DNA of 64,000 nt from Candidatus Gottesmanbacteria bacterium (GCA_023245335.1 JAHFKK010000001.1:491282-555281); one strand, 5' to 3'. Shown: positions 27,542 to 36,738, numbered from the stretch's first letter. Translations and numbers: made by a program. The notes: generated from the sequence alone by a model not told the origin.

Positions 27542-27543
27542 AT

Positions 27544-27978
27544 ATGAGCACCATGAATACGGATGAACTGGTAGAGGTCATGTTTACGCTTCTGCGTCTT
27601 ATGAAACATAAGATGTCCTTCACAAGCGACCTTACCCATTTAAGTATATTGCAAATACAGGCGCTCATGTGTCTTAGTCACAGTAACGCCGTCACCATGA
27701 GCGATATCGCAGCGCACTTCCGTATAGAACTCCCATCAGCGACAAGCTTAATAAATAAATTGTGCGATCAGAAGCTTGTCCGCCGGTATGAAGACCCGCA
27801 GGACCGCCGATTAGTAAAAGTTGCACTGACGGCCGAAGGCAAAGCTCTATTGGAGAAAGCGATGAGCCAGCGCAGAAACAAAGTGAAAAAGATGTTATCC
27901 TATTTATCAGCAAAAGAACGAGCAGAATTACTGTCGATTCTCAATACATTAAATACCAAAATGCAGAACATATCATGA
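27544..27978 (+). CDS. MarR-family transcriptional regulator
   Basis: Winged-HTH 'MSDIAAHFRIELPSATSLINKLCDQKLVRRYEDPQDRRLVKVALTAEG'. Confidence 0.85.
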   Translation: MSTMNTDELVEVMFTLLRLMKHKMSFTSDLTHLSILQIQALMCLSHSNAVTMSDIAAHFRIELPSATSLINKLCDQKLVRRYEDPQDRRLVKVALTAEGKALLEKAMSQRRNKVKKMLSYLSAKERAELLSILNTLNTKMQNIS

Positions 27979-29054
27979 AAACGATACCCAGACTTATACC
28001 GGTGAGTATCGTCGTCCTAGTCCTAGCAGGAGCAATTTTCGTATACGGCAGGGCGAGTACTCACACTCCTCTTGGATCTGCTACGACCACGACATCAGTG
28101 CGATTCGTGAGTTCCACAATCACCGCTGACGGCGCTGTCACTGCTCAAAATCAGGCCAAACTTAATTTCCAGACGCCGGGGAAGCTCGTGTACCTTCCGT
28201 TTAAAGAAGGCGACAAAGTCTCCGTTGGGCAATCAATCGCACAGCTGGATACGTACGCACTCCAGCGTCAGCTTACCGCAGCGTTAAATACATACCGCTC
28301 AACCCGCGATACGTTTGATCAGACACAACAGAACACTCAGGATAACGTGACGAGAAATCAGCAGGCTGCCACGTTCACGAGAGAAAATTCAGATAATAAC
28401 GGCGCGATAAACGACGCGATTAAACGGATAGCCGACCAGAGTCAGGCAAGCCTGGATAATTCAGTGATTACTGTAGAATTGGCAAATTACGCCGTGCAGC
28501 TTTCGACACTTACATCACCTCTCAACGGTATCATTACCCATGAGGATGTCACCGTGCCCGGAGTAAATATAACGACGCTGACTTCTTTCACCGTTGCGGA
28601 CCCGACGTCTATGGTTTTTCGTGCCAACGTGCCCGCGGGGAACATATATTATATTGCCGAAGGCTCGGCCGTCACGATTGCTATAGACGGCGTACAGGAC
28701 AAGGTCCACGGGACGGTCCAGAAAATATATCCGTCAAAGGTTATCTTAGCAAGCGGTGAAGCGGTGTATCAGGTGGATATCGTGAGTGATGAGCTCAAAG
28801 CCCATGCGAAATTAGATCAGGCGGGAGCCGCGATTATAAGCACCAACTCACAAAACGTCGCGCTTGTGCCGGCGTGGACCGTTCTTTCCGGTAAGCACAT
28901 ATGGGTAGAGGAAAACGGTAAGCCGATCCTGAAGACCGTCACCGCCGGAAAAATCCATGATAATGACATAGAGATCACTGCGGGATTGACTCCGGAAGAC
29001 CGGATCATCGTCGATCCGAAACTCATTCCGGCTATGTACTACCAAATGCTATGA
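27975..29054 (+). CDS. HlyD-family periplasmic adaptor (membrane fusion protein)
   Basis: N-terminal TM, biotin-lipoyl-like 'GKLVYLPFKEGDKVSVGQSIAQLD', coiled coil and a C-terminal beta-barrel. Confidence 0.7.
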   Translation: MKTIPRLIPVSIVVLVLAGAIFVYGRASTHTPLGSATTTTSVRFVSSTITADGAVTAQNQAKLNFQTPGKLVYLPFKEGDKVSVGQSIAQLDTYALQRQLTAALNTYRSTRDTFDQTQQNTQDNVTRNQQAATFTRENSDNNGAINDAIKRIADQSQASLDNSVITVELANYAVQLSTLTSPLNGIITHEDVTVPGVNITTLTSFTVADPTSMVFRANVPAGNIYYIAEGSAVTIAIDGVQDKVHGTVQKIYPSKVILASGEAVYQVDIVSDELKAHAKLDQAGAAIISTNSQNVALVPAWTVLSGKHIWVEENGKPILKTVTAGKIHDNDIEITAGLTPEDRIIVDPKLIPAMYYQML

Positions 29055-29689
29055 AAAAGCTATTCGCACTATTCAAAAATCCTGCAGCGCTGAAAGCCAC
29101 CGGAGTCGTTGTACTCTTCCTGGTTCTTGCGGGTTTGTATGTCTATTTCCAGACGACAACCGGGAGAGTATTTATCGACAACTCCACGATACAGTCTCCG
29201 GTTATCACCGTATCCCCATCGGCGTCCGGCAAGGTACAGGAAATTGACGTCAAGGAAGGACAAATGGTTTCAACCGGCGATACACTCGCCGTCGTCGGCT
29301 CGGAGACCCTTCGTGCTGATACGGACGGCCTGGTCATATCGGCAAGCGATCTTACCGGTTCAACGGTCAATTCTACGACTGCGCTTATTCAGATGATCCG
29401 GCCTGTTAATTTGAGGGTCGAAGGCTCCATCGATGAAGATAAAGGATTGCATGATGTCCGCGTGGGACAGGCAGTCTCGTTTACGGTCGACGCATTGCCG
29501 GGGAAGACCTTTTGGGGATATGTCGATGAAATTTCACCGAGCGCTGTCGCGCCGGCATTCTCATTTTCCACATCTACAGAACGCGCCACACAGCAGTTTA
29601 CGGTATACGCGAGATATAATGCCGCGGCATATCCCGACATCAAAAACGGCATGTCCGCAAAATTGGTCGTGTACACCAAGACCCACTAA
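29051..29689 (+). CDS. Short HlyD-like adaptor paralog (lipoyl + beta-barrel, no coiled coil)
   Basis: TM anchor, 'GKVQEIDVKEGQMVSTGDTLAVV', 'VRVGQAVSFTVDALPGKTFWGYVDEIS'. Confidence 0.6.
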   Translation: MKKLFALFKNPAALKATGVVVLFLVLAGLYVYFQTTTGRVFIDNSTIQSPVITVSPSASGKVQEIDVKEGQMVSTGDTLAVVGSETLRADTDGLVISASDLTGSTVNSTTALIQMIRPVNLRVEGSIDEDKGLHDVRVGQAVSFTVDALPGKTFWGYVDEISPSAVAPAFSFSTSTERATQQFTVYARYNAAAYPDIKNGMSAKLVVYTKTH

Positions 29690-29728
29690 ACTTGCATTCC
29701 TGTTTTTAGTGTGATACTTTTTCCTTGC

Positions 29729-30373
29729 ATGAATAAGAAAGTACTTGTTATCGTCGTCGTCCTGTTACTTCTCCTCGGCGGGGGCGCATACGTCATGTCC
29801 CGTACATCATCCGCTCCGGCATCGGGTACCACCATGACCGCAAGTCCGACCGCCGCTCCGACGACTGCACAAACACAGGGGACGCTCAAATCGCTTCTCA
29901 CGGCTGGTAAACCGCAGACCTGTACGTTCACGAGCCAAAACGGAAATACGACCGGAACTTTGTATGTAGCCGATGGCAAGATGGCTGGTGATTTCACGAC
30001 CACGACTCAGGGAAACACCGTGACAGCACATGTCATCGTCGCATCAGGATTTAGCTATGTCTGGACGGGCATGACAAAAATGGGATTTAAAATGGCGCTT
30101 ACGGACTTACAACCAACTCCCGGTCAGAACAGTCAAAGCGTGGGGCTTAACGAAACGGTTTCTTACTCGTGTAAGGACTGGTCGACCGATACGACGAAGT
30201 TTACGCTTCCGACCGATATGACATTCTCGACCATCAAAATTCCGACTACGAGCGTACAGACCGGCGCTACTACATCCGGCGGAACCGGCGCTTCATCCGC
30301 ATGCAGCGCGTGCGACAACATACCCGCAGGAGCGGCGCAGACCGCGTGTAAGACCCAGCTCCATTGCCAATAA
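29729..30373 (+). CDS. Secreted Thr-rich hypothetical protein
   Basis: Signal/TM 'KKVLVIVVVLLLLLGGGAYV'; low-complexity T/A/S sequence and a Cys-rich C-terminus. Confidence 0.5.
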   Translation: MNKKVLVIVVVLLLLLGGGAYVMSRTSSAPASGTTMTASPTAAPTTAQTQGTLKSLLTAGKPQTCTFTSQNGNTTGTLYVADGKMAGDFTTTTQGNTVTAHVIVASGFSYVWTGMTKMGFKMALTDLQPTPGQNSQSVGLNETVSYSCKDWSTDTTKFTLPTDMTFSTIKIPTTSVQTGATTSGGTGASSACSACDNIPAGAAQTACKTQLHCQ

Positions 30374-30395
30374 ATCTCCCGGTATTATTTAAGTC

Positions 30396-30424
30396 TTGAC
30401 TTAATTAAGTAAATAGTTTACATT
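30396..30424 (+). promoter_or_regulatory. arsR promoter with 12-bp perfect palindrome operator
   Basis: -35 TTGACT (30396-401), 17-nt spacer, -10 TACATT (30419-24); palindrome ACTTAATTAAGT (30399-30410). Confidence 0.5.
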
Positions 30425-30430
30425 GTCTTC

Positions 30431-30769
30431 ATGGACATGTTTTCGGCACTCGCTGATCCCACCAGACGAAGTATCGTAGAGCTTCTTGCCGCAAGCGGCC
30501 AATTATCTGCGACAGATATCTCCGACAAATTTGAAATGAGCGCACCCGCCATTTCCCAGCATCTTAAAGTATTGCGCGAGGCGAAACTCGTTGACATGGA
30601 GAAGCATGCGCAACAGCGTATCTACCAGATTAACCCGGATACGCTCGATGAACTGGATGAGTGGGTCACGAAACTTTCGAAACAATGGGATGCCCGCTTT
30701 GACAGATTGGAAAAATTACTTAAAACACAAAAAATTAAACAAAGGAGGCTCTATGCCCGATCAAAATAA
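30431..30769 (+). CDS. ArsR/SmtB-family transcriptional regulator
   Basis: 'LADPTRRSIVELLAASGQLSATDISDKFEMSAPAISQHLKVLREAKLV'. Confidence 0.85.
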   Translation: MDMFSALADPTRRSIVELLAASGQLSATDISDKFEMSAPAISQHLKVLREAKLVDMEKHAQQRIYQINPDTLDELDEWVTKLSKQWDARFDRLEKLLKTQKIKQRRLYARSK

Positions 30770-31235
30770 TAAAGAATTGACACTCGTCCGCGTCTTTGAC
30801 GCGCCGAGAGAGATGGTATGGGAAGCATGGACAGATCCCAAGCTTATCTCCCAATGGTGGGGGCCGCAAAATGTGACCGCACCCTTTGACCAAATGGATG
30901 TGGATGCCCGCGTCGGAGGGAATATAAATATCGTCATGGTTGCCGGTAAAGAGCTGGGGCAGATGGCTGGTATGAAGTGGCCGATGACCGGGAAATTTAC
31001 CGAAGTGACCAAGCCCGAGAAACTCGTATATACCGCGACCGCGATCATGAATGATAAACCAGTTCTTCTCACTCATACGACCGTGACCTTTGAGGAAGAG
31101 GGCGGGAAAACGAAGATGACCGTGCATATCCTCGTTACCAAGACGTTGATCGGTTCAGAGGGCGCACTTGCCGGTATGAAGATGGGTTGGACACAGCAAG
31201 TAGATAAACTCGCCGAATTCTTGGTGACGTCCTGA
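30753..31235 (+). CDS. SRPBCC / Aha1-domain protein (classical ArsR partner)
   Basis: RBS AAAGGAGG then ATG 30753; 'LVRVFDAPREMVWEAWTDPKLISQWWGP'. Confidence 0.75.
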   Translation: MPDQNNKELTLVRVFDAPREMVWEAWTDPKLISQWWGPQNVTAPFDQMDVDARVGGNINIVMVAGKELGQMAGMKWPMTGKFTEVTKPEKLVYTATAIMNDKPVLLTHTTVTFEEEGGKTKMTVHILVTKTLIGSEGALAGMKMGWTQQVDKLAEFLVTS

Positions 31236-31251
31236 AATTTCCTTTCAGGAC
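31229..31251 (+). terminator. Terminator-like perfect hairpin overlapping the stop codon
   Basis: GTCCTGAAA-TTTCC-TTTCAGGAC; the downstream tract is only moderately T-rich. Confidence 0.4.
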
Positions 31252-31322
31252 GAGAAATTTATCTCATTGACAGACGTCACTTTGATAATGCTACTATGTG
31301 GAAGAGATAGTAGATTTTTATC

Positions 31323-33473
31323 ATGAAAATCTTCGATAAGATCATAAATTCCGTAATTCTTACCTTATTGTTTCTTTTTTTCTTCTCCTTAGCTCCTCAT
31401 AATCTCGTTTTCGCCCAAGCGTATCATGTCTCTACTCCGAATATAGTTCCTGCTACCTGTACGAATCAGGCCTACGCCGTAGATTGTCAGAAGACAATCG
31501 ATAATGATCTTAACACCTATGGGACAATTGGCGATCCAAACGGCCAGATGTTCTATACCGTTCCTGCCAACGCTATCTCGCTTCCTGCGGACGCGACCAA
31601 CATACAAGCATGCTTCAACTTTGATTTCAGTTACTACGTGAGTACAAAGTATTCGTTGAGTCCCACGTATGACGACAATTTCGGTGGGCCCAACCAGTCT
31701 ATCCAATGGGATTTCCCCAGTAAGCAATTCACCAATTGCCGACCCGTGCTTTCCAGTAAGATCGATACGATTAATACCGGTGACACGACGTACTGGACAT
31801 ATTTTTGGGGTTCTCAATTTCCTACATTCGCCTGGGGAACATTAGGCCTTAATCATCTGAATAACTTCAATTTGTACTACTCCTACGATACGGACACGCA
31901 GCCGGTGAATCCTGTAAACCATATACCGGTATTCGTGCACGGTCTGACTGATCAGACGATAAGCCCCGGCAACACATTTTCTTCCGGTGGGGCGTTTGCA
32001 GATCAGGATTCTACCAGCTGGACAGCAACTGTCGACTATGGAGACGGGTCCGGAACGCAACCATTGGGCTTGTCCGGACAGAGTTTTGGCTTGAATCATA
32101 CCTATCCGAATGAGGGCACCTACACGGTAACTGTTTCCGTGACTGATGACGGGGGCGCAGTCGGGACAAGTGCCGCGGTCGTCACGGTGAAGTTATATGC
32201 GTATCATGTGACGACCCCCGACGTCGCACCTGCCTCCTGTACGAATTTTGCCTCGTCTGCTGACTGTCAAAACACGATGGATAATAATCCCAACACCGTT
32301 GGGAGCATATTCGGCAATAACGGGATATATTATTACACGGTAGGCGCACATACTTTTTTCCTTCCCTCTGACGCCACCAATATCCAGCTTTGCTTTGATA
32401 TAAATTTCGCTGATCATTCCAGTGTGGTATATGCACTCGGCGGTCCGCATCTGGATCCGAATCAGGGTACGCAGTGGCAAATACCGGCAAACCAATTCTC
32501 CCAGTGCCGGTCCGTATCACCCATAGATATTTCCAATATCGACAACACGGATACGCAATACTGGTTTTATATCTGGGCCGGCGGACAAACCGACCACCTC
32601 GCATCGCTCCGATTCCATTATGTATATGACTCTAATTCGCAGTATGACGCAGTACCCGCTATACAGACGGTAACACCCGCGTCAATCAACTTGGGCGACC
32701 ATTACAGTACAGTAGGTACGTTTACCGACCCGGATTCCGTGGGTTGGACGGGAACAGTGGATTACGGAGACGGTACAGGAGTACAACAGCTATCTATTAG
32801 CGGCAACACGTTTTCCCTAAGTCATGATTACGGTGCTATGGGTGACTATACCGTGGCATTAACGGTAACCGACAACCAGGGAGCGATGGGGCTCGCGACT
32901 ACGACCGTTACAGTAAACGCTGCGCCTACTCCGACGCCCACTCCTACACTAGCACCGACCCCGACTCCAACCCCGACTCCGGTACCGCAGTTAACCGCCC
33001 TTGCCCCGGCGAAAGTGTGGGTCGGCCTCAAAAATAGCGATGATGTGGGCATCAAGTTTGATTTGCTCGCCGAAGCGTATGCAAACAGCACGCTCGTGAG
33101 TTCCGGAGAATTAGACAGTGTGACAGGAGGCAGTAGTGGCTTTAACAATGCACATTTGCAAACGGTACCGTTTAATTCTTTCTCTTCGGTTGATTTCCCA
33201 TCCGGAACATCGCTTAGTCTCAAGGTCTATGCCAGAAACGCATGTACCGGGTCAGGACACAACTCCGGGACTGCTCGGCTTTGGTACAATGACAGTCAGG
33301 CAAACTCGCAATTCGGTTCTACCATCAATGGAAGCGCCTACACGGATTATCTTTTGACCGGTTCGGTTCTCGGTATCTCCGCAGGTTCCGGTCCCAAAGC
33401 GACAGTCGATATAGCGGCAGGTGCCAAATGTAGTGCCTTCAAGTCCTTCGGTACCTGGGTGATTACGCCTTAA
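31323..33473 (+). CDS. Large secreted protein with an internal ~280-aa duplication, two PKD domains, a Pro/Thr linker and a C-terminal beta domain
   Basis: Signal 'LTLLFLFFFSLAPHNLVFAQA'; repeat cores 'AYHVSTPNIVPATCTNQAYAVDCQKTIDN' / 'AYHVTTPDVAPASCTNFASSADCQNTMDN'; PKD signatures 'TATVDYGDGSGTQ...HTYPNEGTYTVTVSVTDDGG' and 'TGTVDYGDGTGVQ...HDYGAMGDYTVALTVTDNQG'; linker 'APTPTPTPTLAPTPTPTPTPVP'. Confidence 0.75.
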   Translation: MKIFDKIINSVILTLLFLFFFSLAPHNLVFAQAYHVSTPNIVPATCTNQAYAVDCQKTIDNDLNTYGTIGDPNGQMFYTVPANAISLPADATNIQACFNFDFSYYVSTKYSLSPTYDDNFGGPNQSIQWDFPSKQFTNCRPVLSSKIDTINTGDTTYWTYFWGSQFPTFAWGTLGLNHLNNFNLYYSYDTDTQPVNPVNHIPVFVHGLTDQTISPGNTFSSGGAFADQDSTSWTATVDYGDGSGTQPLGLSGQSFGLNHTYPNEGTYTVTVSVTDDGGAVGTSAAVVTVKLYAYHVTTPDVAPASCTNFASSADCQNTMDNNPNTVGSIFGNNGIYYYTVGAHTFFLPSDATNIQLCFDINFADHSSVVYALGGPHLDPNQGTQWQIPANQFSQCRSVSPIDISNIDNTDTQYWFYIWAGGQTDHLASLRFHYVYDSNSQYDAVPAIQTVTPASINLGDHYSTVGTFTDPDSVGWTGTVDYGDGTGVQQLSISGNTFSLSHDYGAMGDYTVALTVTDNQGAMGLATTTVTVNAAPTPTPTPTLAPTPTPTPTPVPQLTALAPAKVWVGLKNSDDVGIKFDLLAEAYANSTLVSSGELDSVTGGSSGFNNAHLQTVPFNSFSSVDFPSGTSLSLKVYARNACTGSGHNSGTARLWYNDSQANSQFGSTINGSAYTDYLLTGSVLGISAGSGPKATVDIAAGAKCSAFKSFGTWVITP
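32919..32990 (+). repeat. Low-complexity (CCGAC/CCCAC)n DNA encoding the Pro-Thr linker
   Basis: Reiterated ccgac(g/t)cc units visible in the sequence. Confidence 0.6.
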
Positions 33474-33554
33474 ATTCCTATTGGCTTACACATTCGGAGA
33501 AATGCAAGACAGGTCACAATCCTTCTGATTTGCAAGGTGCTAAAATACGATAGT

Positions 33555-34244
33555 ATGAAAAGCCTACACCGGAAGGTCGCATTCAGTGCGCTTAGGATTA
33601 TTGGAGTGTGCGCCGGTATCTTATTTTTTTGCCTTCTCATCCTTTTCACAGGATACATATACGCCCTACAGTCAAACCCGATGCTCTACATTCCCGGCGT
33701 TTCCGGACCGGCAAACAGTCTTATCGGTGTCATCTGGAGGCAACCGTTCAGCTATCCGTCGCCAACTCCAAAGCCTACTGTCCTGTATGGCACGATCAAG
33801 CCGGCACCGGAATTTACGGGTATCACGAAGTGGTACAAAGACGAAGCGGTTTCTCTGCGGCAATTCCGTGGTCAAAAAATTGTTGTGCTGGTCTTCGGAC
33901 GGTTGTATTGCTCGTATTGCTTCAACGTCTATACGTATCTTACCGAGTGGCAGCGGAATTACAGTTCAGAAAATGTACAGGTAGTCGCTTTGCAGTCACC
34001 ACATTATGACGGTGAGAAATCCTGGAAGGATATAGAAGCAAAGATAGTTGAGCGGGATGTGAATTTCCCCGTAGGACTGGACGAAAATCGCTCGACTGCA
34101 GCCGCTTATAACTTCGACACGGTTCCAACGGCGTATGTCATAGATAAACAAGGTATGATCCGCTATGAACATACGGGTGAAGGAGGCTTTGGTGAGGTAG
34201 AAAAGGCGATACAGGAAGTGATTTTTCTGGATTTTGATAAGTAG
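33555..34244 (+). CDS. Membrane-anchored thioredoxin-fold thiol:disulfide oxidoreductase (TlpA/ResA-like)
   Basis: TM anchor then 'VVLVFGRLYCSYCF' CxxC motif; an alternative GTG start at 33537. Confidence 0.7.
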   Translation: MKSLHRKVAFSALRIIGVCAGILFFCLLILFTGYIYALQSNPMLYIPGVSGPANSLIGVIWRQPFSYPSPTPKPTVLYGTIKPAPEFTGITKWYKDEAVSLRQFRGQKIVVLVFGRLYCSYCFNVYTYLTEWQRNYSSENVQVVALQSPHYDGEKSWKDIEAKIVERDVNFPVGLDENRSTAAAYNFDTVPTAYVIDKQGMIRYEHTGEGGFGEVEKAIQEVIFLDFDK

Positions 34245-34331
34245 AATATGGTGCAATACTTGTCTAGACGATGTAACATATTCGAAAGGATATAAATGGT
34301 CAGTTAATAATTATTTTAGAGCTTTACCTAA

Positions 34332-35186
34332 ATGAAAAAATATATAGTTCTTGACTCGAATATTATCGTAAGCTTTTTTGAAGGAGGATTTTCGCTCGTT
34401 CAGCAGAAAGGAGAGATTTCATCTTCTGAGGAAATAAGTATATTTGAATTTTTATATACTGCTTTAGAGGCGAATCAACTCGATTTAATCCTGCCCGAGG
34501 TTGTAATTTTAGAATGCGAACGTATAAAAGAGGAAATGAAAGAGTCGTTAAGTAAATTATACGATTCAGCATTTAAGTCTGCTAAGGAAGCGAGTATTCC
34601 CCCCAATAAAAAAATATCGTCCTCGTCAATTGATAAGATTAACCGAGTTTATGACTCAACCCGAGATGAGGCAATACAAAACATCGAATATGCTTGGGGG
34701 GTCTTTAATAAAATCTCTGAAAGTAAGAACACTCATATAGTCCCGCTAGATGAAGAGATTTTATTAAATGCATATAGGCGTGGTTTAATGGGAAAAAGGC
34801 CGTTCGTAATGAGGTATTCAAATAGTAAGGATCCAGACCTCAGTAATAAACCTATCCATGATATTCAACCAGATTGTGTTATTGTTGAGAGCGTCAAGTT
34901 CTTCATTAAAGGTGCAGAAAAGGGTGAATTATATTTAGCAACGAATGACAACAATTTTTTTTCTTCGATGGAAAAAACGGCGATACACACCGATATACAA
35001 GCAGAATTGAAAGCAAATAAATTTTATTTGGCTCTTTCTGATTTGTTGCAAGATGTTCTTGGTTTAAAAATACCACCTAAAAAAGAACCTAAAGACGTCA
35101 CCACCTCCGATGCGTACCCTGTTACCATCAAAAGCGTTACAGATGAAGGAAAAGGTGTGGATACCGTTGAAGTTGCAAAAGGCTAA
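34332..35186 (+). CDS. PIN-like nuclease-fold protein in an AT-rich island
   Basis: 'KKYIVLDSNIIV' (PIN beta1 Asp), 'VILECER', 'IQPDCVIVESV', 'LYLATNDNNFF' (T-x-D); coding sequence is visibly AT-rich. Confidence 0.5.
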   Translation: MKKYIVLDSNIIVSFFEGGFSLVQQKGEISSSEEISIFEFLYTALEANQLDLILPEVVILECERIKEEMKESLSKLYDSAFKSAKEASIPPNKKISSSSIDKINRVYDSTRDEAIQNIEYAWGVFNKISESKNTHIVPLDEEILLNAYRRGLMGKRPFVMRYSNSKDPDLSNKPIHDIQPDCVIVESVKFFIKGAEKGELYLATNDNNFFSSMEKTAIHTDIQAELKANKFYLALSDLLQDVLGLKIPPKKEPKDVTTSDAYPVTIKSVTDEGKGVDTVEVAKG

Positions 35187-35208
35187 AAACTTGCCTTAAT
35201 ATTATTAT

Positions 35209-35484
35209 ATGAATACCTACTTAGTATCGTTTGAGACACTCCCTCCCTCGCTCCAAATACAGGAGGATATCCTTATTAACGCAATAAAGATGTTTGGACC
35301 ATGGGCTAGACCTAACTCAAAGGTTTGGTTAATTAAAACTTATCTAACTAGGGAACAAGTAATTGAGAGTTTAAGAGCGAGTGCTGGCCCAAACGACAAA
35401 ATACTTGTTATGTCGGTTAATAATGATTGGATAGCGGTTAACCTTCCAAACGATGTCGTAAATTGGATGAAATCTGGTTTGTAA
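35209..35484 (+). CDS. 91-aa hypothetical protein, partner of the PIN-like gene (same AT-rich island)
   Basis: ORF track; 22-nt gap after the upstream gene; no motif recognised. Confidence 0.4.
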   Translation: MNTYLVSFETLPPSLQIQEDILINAIKMFGPWARPNSKVWLIKTYLTREQVIESLRASAGPNDKILVMSVNNDWIAVNLPNDVVNWMKSGL

Positions 35485-35538
35485 TATTTAAGATGTCGCT
35501 CGTTATTCTTCTTTACTAATCCCCATGGCTCATTTATA

Positions 35539-36723
35539 GTGAAGCTCTGTATGGTGACGCTCTCCAAAGATCAAAAAGCCGCATTATCACACGTTCTTGA
35601 GTGGTACCGAAAAGACCGGGACGAGATGCAGTACGTCACGCTTGGCGGCTATGCGGGGACCGGCAAGACGACGCTTATTGCCGTCATCCGTCAGGAACTC
35701 AATAAGATCGATCCGGGACTCAAAGTCGGTTTCGTGAGTTTCACCGGTAAAGCGGCGCGGGTGCTTCAGACGAAAATCAAAGAAGCGGATATACATTTCC
35801 GTCAGGACAGTGTGGGTACGATTCACGCGCTTATCTATACGCCGGTCCTCAATGACAAAGAACAAATTGTCGGATGGAAGCAAAAAGAAACGATTGACCG
35901 TAATCTTATTATCATCGATGAGGCATCGATGGTCGATTCCGTTATCTGGGAGCACCTCATATCCTACGACGTCCCGATGATCGTTGTCGGCGACCACGGG
36001 CAGTTGCCGCCTATTAAAGGTAACTTTTCTTTGATGCAGCAGCCCCAACTGCGCTTAGAAGAAATCCACCGGCAGGCAAAGCTTGACCCCATCATTTCCC
36101 TATCGATTCAGGCGCGGGAAACGGGCTTCATCATTCCCAAAAGGTATTCCGACCGGGTCATCAAATTCTCTTCGGATGACTCGACGACCGCAGAGACACT
36201 GGAGGAGATGCTCACGAACTACAAAAACGATACCCTTATCCTCTGCGGCTACAACAAAACAAGAAAACGGATAAATAGTTACATCCGCGCGGCACTCGGC
36301 ATAGAATCGCAAACACCGGTCACGGGCGATCGGGTTATTTGTCTCCGCAATAATCACAAAGCAAAGATCTATAACGGGATGCTCGGTACGATTGCCCGGA
36401 TAGAGGAAAAAAGCGATAGCGTTTACGACGTGGATATAGACATAGACGGGGAGCATGATACGTATTCAGGCCGCATCTCGACCGAACAATTTGACGCGGA
36501 TACGACGCTCAACTTCACCGAGAACCGTGCGCTCTATAACGGCATAGACCTTTTTGACTTCGGCTACGCGCTCACCGTGCATAAGGCCCAGGGGAGCCAG
36601 GCCAAACGGGTGATACTTTTCGAGGAGCGGTTTAGCCGCATGACGGATGACGAGTGGCGTCGCTGGCTCTATACTGCAGTGACGAGAGCTGAACGCGAGC
36701 TCTATATCTTTCCGTCGCTCTAG
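35539..36723 (+). CDS. SF1B Dda/RecD-like (Pif1-type) DNA helicase, compact 394 aa
   Basis: Walker A 'GGYAGTGKTT', Walker B 'IIDEASMV', 'VGDHGQLPPI', 'TVHKAQGSQ', 'LYTAVTRAEREL'. Confidence 0.8.
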   Translation: MKLCMVTLSKDQKAALSHVLEWYRKDRDEMQYVTLGGYAGTGKTTLIAVIRQELNKIDPGLKVGFVSFTGKAARVLQTKIKEADIHFRQDSVGTIHALIYTPVLNDKEQIVGWKQKETIDRNLIIIDEASMVDSVIWEHLISYDVPMIVVGDHGQLPPIKGNFSLMQQPQLRLEEIHRQAKLDPIISLSIQARETGFIIPKRYSDRVIKFSSDDSTTAETLEEMLTNYKNDTLILCGYNKTRKRINSYIRAALGIESQTPVTGDRVICLRNNHKAKIYNGMLGTIARIEEKSDSVYDVDIDIDGEHDTYSGRISTEQFDADTTLNFTENRALYNGIDLFDFGYALTVHKAQGSQAKRVILFEERFSRMTDDEWRRWLYTAVTRAERELYIFPSL

Positions 36724-36738
36724 CAGTACAATTGTCCT

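Noticed and set aside
32182-32604. 140-aa Arg/Tyr/Cys-rich minus-strand ORFs inside the PKD-protein gene
   Set aside because: They are antisense to a gene with a clear signal peptide and PKD motifs, and their composition is typical of reverse-frame artefacts.
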